Of a stretch of 64,000 bases of DNA, positions 60,020 through 64,000 are shown piece by piece; position 1 is the stretch's first letter, and the number at the start of each line of letters is the position of its first letter. Source of the stretch: Candidatus Zhuqueibacterota bacterium (GTDB lineage: Bacteria; Zhuqueibacterota; Zhuqueibacteria; Thermofontimicrobiales; Thermofontimicrobiaceae); NCBI GenBank assembly GCA_049322915.1, contig JBMOPW010000014.1, positions 160,001 to 224,000 of the forward strand. The letters run 5' to 3'. A program made the position numbers and the translations under genes. The notes under the pieces are model-generated. The model saw nothing but the letters and a program-made list of their open reading frames with translations, was not told the origin of the DNA and made no database searches.

Positions 60020-62356
60020 GTGATGTCCATGGTAGCGCCGAATGAAATGTATTTTGAAGAAGAATCGTCAGAAGAAGAAAGTATAGATTTTAAAAAATAT
60101 TATCGGATCATTCTCAAACGTAAGTGGCTGATCCTGGGTATCGTCATTGCCATATCGATCCCGTGGCTGATCTATATGAAAAGTTTGCCGCCTACATACG
60201 AAGCATTTTGTTTGATTCGATTCCAGAATTTAGCGCATGATATTGAAAATATTATCAGTCAAAGCCGGATCACCGAACTGAAGAGCCGATCTTTTGCTGA
60301 AAAGGTAGTGGCGCAGTTAGGCCTCACGTTGAAAATTGAAAATGACGATGAAGATTTAATCCGGCAGGCTTTGTTCGCGGAATTTTTCACAACAACCAGT
60401 ATCAAGTCCGGCGATTTTGTTTTTCGATGGACCGATGACGGTAATTATGCGATTCATCGCGTTCTCGAACAGCGAGAAATTTTGATCGACAACGGGCCGT
60501 GGCAGCAGGCCATGACAGCGACGCACATGACCGGGTCTGATTTTTCTTTCAAACTCCATAAGGAATTTACACAGTTACCGAAAGAAATAAAGTTCAAAAT
60601 TAAAAATTTCAAACTCGCTGTGGAAGAATTTCGTGAGCGAACCAGCGTCGATGTGATGGGCGGCGGAAGCCTGCTGAAAGTGACGATGACAGATCACAAT
60701 GCCGAACTCGTCGCAGAGATGGTCAATAAACTGGCCGGCATCTATATTAATGAAAGCCACTCGTTGAAGCAAAAAAGCGTGGATGACCGGAGAGGGATTA
60801 TCGAGGATCAGTTAAAGGTCGCCAAGACGGATCTTGATAAAGCCCGGGAAGAGCTCAAGACGTTTAGCAGCACACATTTCGTCAGCCTCAATACTCAGAC
60901 GGAGAAGCAAGTCGCTGACAAGCTGAAAGCTGAAGGCGATCTTGAAGTGAAACAGAAACAGAAGGAAGCCCTGGTTGAAGTTCTGACTAAAATAGAAAAT
61001 ATTGGCACATCAGATGAGGAATTACAGAAGCTAAAGTATATCTACCGCGAACTGGCTTCTTTGAGCACATTCGCAACGAATCCTAAAATGGGGATTTTGC
61101 GGAATCAACTTCTAGACCTCGAAGGGAAGTATGATGATCGCGTCAAAGATTTCTCGGAGAACAATGAGAAGGCCATTGAATTTAGCCGTCAAATTGCCGA
61201 GACCCAGTTGAACATCAAAACCGAAGCCAAGCAGCATCTCACCAAGTTATCTTCAGAGATTGCCGGTCATTCTACAGCGATAAACAGACTGGACTATTTG
61301 TTGAGTTCCCAACTTCCGGGCGAGCAATTGAAGCAGGCTGAACTCGAGGAGAATTTCAAACGACAGGAACAACTTTACAATAACCTCCAGACTCAATTGC
61401 AGGATATTAAAATATCTGAGGCTGCTGAGACGGAAGATATTGATATACTGGACAGGGCGATTGTCCCGGAATATCCGGTCAATCGCGACAAAAAGAAAAA
61501 AGCGGCTATGGGGGTGATTTTCAGTGTATTCGTTGGAATGGTTGTTGCTTTCGGGATAGAGTTTCTGGACAAATCCATCAAGACCGTGGATGATGTGAAG
61601 AAATTTTTGAAGCTGGAAGTCATTGGCACAATTCCCAATATCGATTTCAGCGACATTAATGATTACCAGGACTCGGAAAAGATCAAGCAGATCGATCAGC
61701 AGCTTGTGACGTACGACTATTCTCCGACGCCGATTGGCGAGGCGTATCGTTCGCTGCGGACCAATCTTGTCTTCTCCAAAAAAACCGGCCGCGTTCAAAC
61801 GTTTGTCATTACCAGCACGGCGCCGGGGGATGGAAAATCGTTCACTGCAGCGAATGTGGCCATTTCAATGGCGCAACACAAAAGCAACACGCTATTGATA
61901 GATGCAGATTTACGGCGCGGTGTCTTGCACAATACATTTGGCGTTTCCAAAGAACCGGGGTTCACCAATTATCTGACCGGGATGGTGAAATTTCAACACC
62001 TGATCAATGAGACGCTCATCCCAAATCTATCCATGATTAGCTGCGGTTCCTTGTTGCCAAATCCATCGGAGCTGTTGGGCTCGCATCAGATGAAACGTTT
62101 TCTAGATGAGGCGAAAAGGAAATTTGACATTATCATCTTCGATAGCCCACCGTTGAATGCAGCGACTGACGCCATTGTCATCGGAACTCAGGTGGATGCG
62201 GTGGTGCTGGTCATCCGGTCCGGCGTGACAGATCGGGATATGGCGCGGCAAAAAATGGAGATGTTCAAAAATGTGCCGGCTCAGGTTTTGGGGGTTGTGC
62301 TAAATGGTACCTCGGCTGAATTTGGCCATGAAGGGTATAGCTATTATCATTATTAA
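60020..62356 (+). CDS. wzc: Polysaccharide co-polymerase / BY-kinase Wzc
   Basis: Two TMs around a coiled-coil periplasmic domain; EAYRSLRTN, Walker A STAPGDGKS, IDADLRR, DSPP, Tyr cluster GYSYYHY. Confidence 0.92.
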   Translation: MMSMVAPNEMYFEEESSEEESIDFKKYYRIILKRKWLILGIVIAISIPWLIYMKSLPPTYEAFCLIRFQNLAHDIENIISQSRITELKSRSFAEKVVAQLGLTLKIENDDEDLIRQALFAEFFTTTSIKSGDFVFRWTDDGNYAIHRVLEQREILIDNGPWQQAMTATHMTGSDFSFKLHKEFTQLPKEIKFKIKNFKLAVEEFRERTSVDVMGGGSLLKVTMTDHNAELVAEMVNKLAGIYINESHSLKQKSVDDRRGIIEDQLKVAKTDLDKAREELKTFSSTHFVSLNTQTEKQVADKLKAEGDLEVKQKQKEALVEVLTKIENIGTSDEELQKLKYIYRELASLSTFATNPKMGILRNQLLDLEGKYDDRVKDFSENNEKAIEFSRQIAETQLNIKTEAKQHLTKLSSEIAGHSTAINRLDYLLSSQLPGEQLKQAELEENFKRQEQLYNNLQTQLQDIKISEAAETEDIDILDRAIVPEYPVNRDKKKKAAMGVIFSVFVGMVVAFGIEFLDKSIKTVDDVKKFLKLEVIGTIPNIDFSDINDYQDSEKIKQIDQQLVTYDYSPTPIGEAYRSLRTNLVFSKKTGRVQTFVITSTAPGDGKSFTAANVAISMAQHKSNTLLIDADLRRGVLHNTFGVSKEPGFTNYLTGMVKFQHLINETLIPNLSMISCGSLLPNPSELLGSHQMKRFLDEAKRKFDIIIFDSPPLNAATDAIVIGTQVDAVVLVIRSGVTDRDMARQKMEMFKNVPAQVLGVVLNGTSAEFGHEGYSYYHY

Positions 62357-62369
62357 TCAGGGATGAATT

Positions 62370-63323
62370 ATGCATCAACTTGTAACCGGTGGCGCCGGAT
62401 TTATTGGCTCCCATCTGATAGAGCGGCTTCTAAATGAAGGGCACACTGTAACGTGTCTGGATAATTTCAATGACTATTATGATCCTGCCATCAAGCGTAA
62501 TAATATCAAAAAGGCGTTGCAGCATTCAAATTATAGCCTGATTGAAGCCGATATTCTTGATGAACCCACACTGAACGAAATTTTCCAGTCGAACAGATTT
62601 GATGTGATCGTGCATCTGGCGGCCCGAGCCGGCGTTCGACCTTCGGTTCAGAATCCCCAATTGTACCAGGAAGTGAATATTCGCGGCACCATGAATTTGC
62701 TGGAATTAGCGAAAACCTGGTCGATTAAAAAATTTGTTATGGCGTCGTCTTCCTCAGTCTATGGCAATAATACAAAAGTGCCTTTTTCAGAATCAGACCC
62801 GGTAGACAACCCAATCTCTCCCTATGCAGCGACCAAAAAGGCGTGTGAATTGATCGGCTATACCTATAGCGCGTTGTACGATATTTCTGTCACCTGCCTC
62901 CGTTTTTTTACGGTGTACGGACCGAGACAGCGCCCGGATATGGCCATTCATAAATTCACCAAGCTCATTGACCAGGATAAAGAGATACCCATCTTTGGAG
63001 ATGGTAAAGCACAGCGAGACTTCACGTATTACACCGATATCATCGAAGGACTCGTGGCTTCGATTGAGCGCTGCAATGGCTATCACGTGTACAATCTCGG
63101 CGAGTCCCGCGTTGTTCAATTGATGGAATTGGTGACGTTGATTGAGAAAAACCTCGGGAAAAAAGCGCGGATTAAATGGTCGCCTGCCCAGCCGGGAGAT
63201 GTGAAAATTACCTATGCAGATATTGCCCGGGCAAGACATGACCTGGATTATAATCCACGGGTCGCGATTGAATATGGCGTCAGTCAATTCGTTGAATGGT
63301 ATCGGCAAAATAATGGGAAGTAA
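62370..63323 (+). CDS. NAD-dependent nucleotide-sugar 4-epimerase (UDP-glucuronate epimerase-like)
   Basis: VTGGAGFIG, HLAARAGVRPS, ASSSSVYG, YAATKK, RFFTVYGPRQRPDMA. Confidence 0.9.
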   Translation: MHQLVTGGAGFIGSHLIERLLNEGHTVTCLDNFNDYYDPAIKRNNIKKALQHSNYSLIEADILDEPTLNEIFQSNRFDVIVHLAARAGVRPSVQNPQLYQEVNIRGTMNLLELAKTWSIKKFVMASSSSVYGNNTKVPFSESDPVDNPISPYAATKKACELIGYTYSALYDISVTCLRFFTVYGPRQRPDMAIHKFTKLIDQDKEIPIFGDGKAQRDFTYYTDIIEGLVASIERCNGYHVYNLGESRVVQLMELVTLIEKNLGKKARIKWSPAQPGDVKITYADIARARHDLDYNPRVAIEYGVSQFVEWYRQNNGK

Positions 63324-63403
63324 TTTTTGCAGACAATGTTGATGTGATGATGTGGATGTTTCTCATCCGAGCGAGACGAATTTTCATGTGATTGGGGTTG
63401 TTA

Positions 63404-64000
63404 ATGGTCAAGGAAAAGGAAGCTTTAATCGTAAATATCATAAAAACGATTGATGCATTGGTAATTGTCTTATCGTTTGTGCTGTCATATTTCATTGATA
63501 ATTTTTTTCGCTCAGTCTATGACTTCCAGGGAATGGCCTATGCCATAGCGCCGACCTTTGAAGGATTGATTTATTTCTCAAAAAAGAATTTGATGCTGAC
63601 TGTTTCGTTCGTTCCCACCTGGATTTTCCTCCTCAACCTCATTGGTGAATATCGAGATTTCAGAACCCGCTCGTTTAAAAAGGAAGTCTATATTATTTTG
63701 AAAGCGGCAATTCTTTCGATTGTGGTGTTTGGCAGCATCTTCTTTGTCTTTCAGATGAAATTCACCAGCCGTTTGTACATGGGAATTTTCACCTTGACAA
63801 CCGCTCTGGGATTGATAGCCGGAAAAAGGATCATCTCGGTCATCCTCGACAGAATTCATGAGCATGGGTTCAACCAGATCAATTTGCTCATCGTGGGTAC
63901 CGGGCGAAGAGCTCAGGAATTTATCCGCGTCGTAAAAGAGCACTCCAATTGGGGACTCCGAATTGTGGGACTGATCGACGATGAGCACGGAATGTACGGA
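63404..64000 (+). CDS. 3'-truncated priming polyprenyl-phosphate sugar transferase (WcaJ/WbaP-like), absent from the ORF track
   Basis: Hand translation MVKEKEALIVNIIKTIDALVIVLSF...SRLYM...GFNQINLLIVGTGRRA...WGLRIVGLIDD is open to the window end. Four TMs followed by a nucleotide-binding-like domain. Confidence 0.82.
   Translation, partial: MVKEKEALIVNIIKTIDALVIVLSFVLSYFIDNFFRSVYDFQGMAYAIAPTFEGLIYFSKKNLMLTVSFVPTWIFLLNLIGEYRDFRTRSFKKEVYIILKAAILSIVVFGSIFFVFQMKFTSRLYMGIFTLTTALGLIAGKRIISVILDRIHEHGFNQINLLIVGTGRRAQEFIRVVKEHSNWGLRIVGLIDDEHGMYG

Overview
64 kb of ordinary chromosomal backbone from a Gram-negative bacterium. It most likely belongs to the FCB superphylum (KSB1/Calditrichota/Zixibacteria-like); this is inferred from the 'QNYPNPFN' FlgD/T9SS-type C-terminal domains, the GWxTD and DUF5683 proteins and the STAS sequence style. 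About 55 CDS are supported. They include secreted multidomain proteins, murein-peptide catabolism genes, rlmB, secDF, purA/F/N/H, CIRCE-groES-groEL, folB-folK, ftsY, rimO, mreBCD-mrdA-rodA-lgt, a cpoB-like gene, galT-like/glgA and the start of a wza-wzc polysaccharide locus. No rRNA, tRNA, CRISPR array or intact mobile element was seen. Most notable: (1) a UbiA prenyltransferase, an unannotated 59-aa 2[4Fe-4S] ferredoxin and an archaeal-type geranylgeranyl reductase in one operon; (2) a likely ceramide synthesis trio (Spt, bCerS-like GNAT, CerR-like SDR); (3) a lipoprotein that looks like a free-standing copy of the propeptide of the adjacent S8 protease; (4) an OmpA-like barrel protein with a C-terminal hydrophobic tail in the position normally held by pal; (5) a STAS protein fused to an IS481-like HTH behind a sigma54-type promoter. 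All assignments come from reading motifs by eye; no searches were run.
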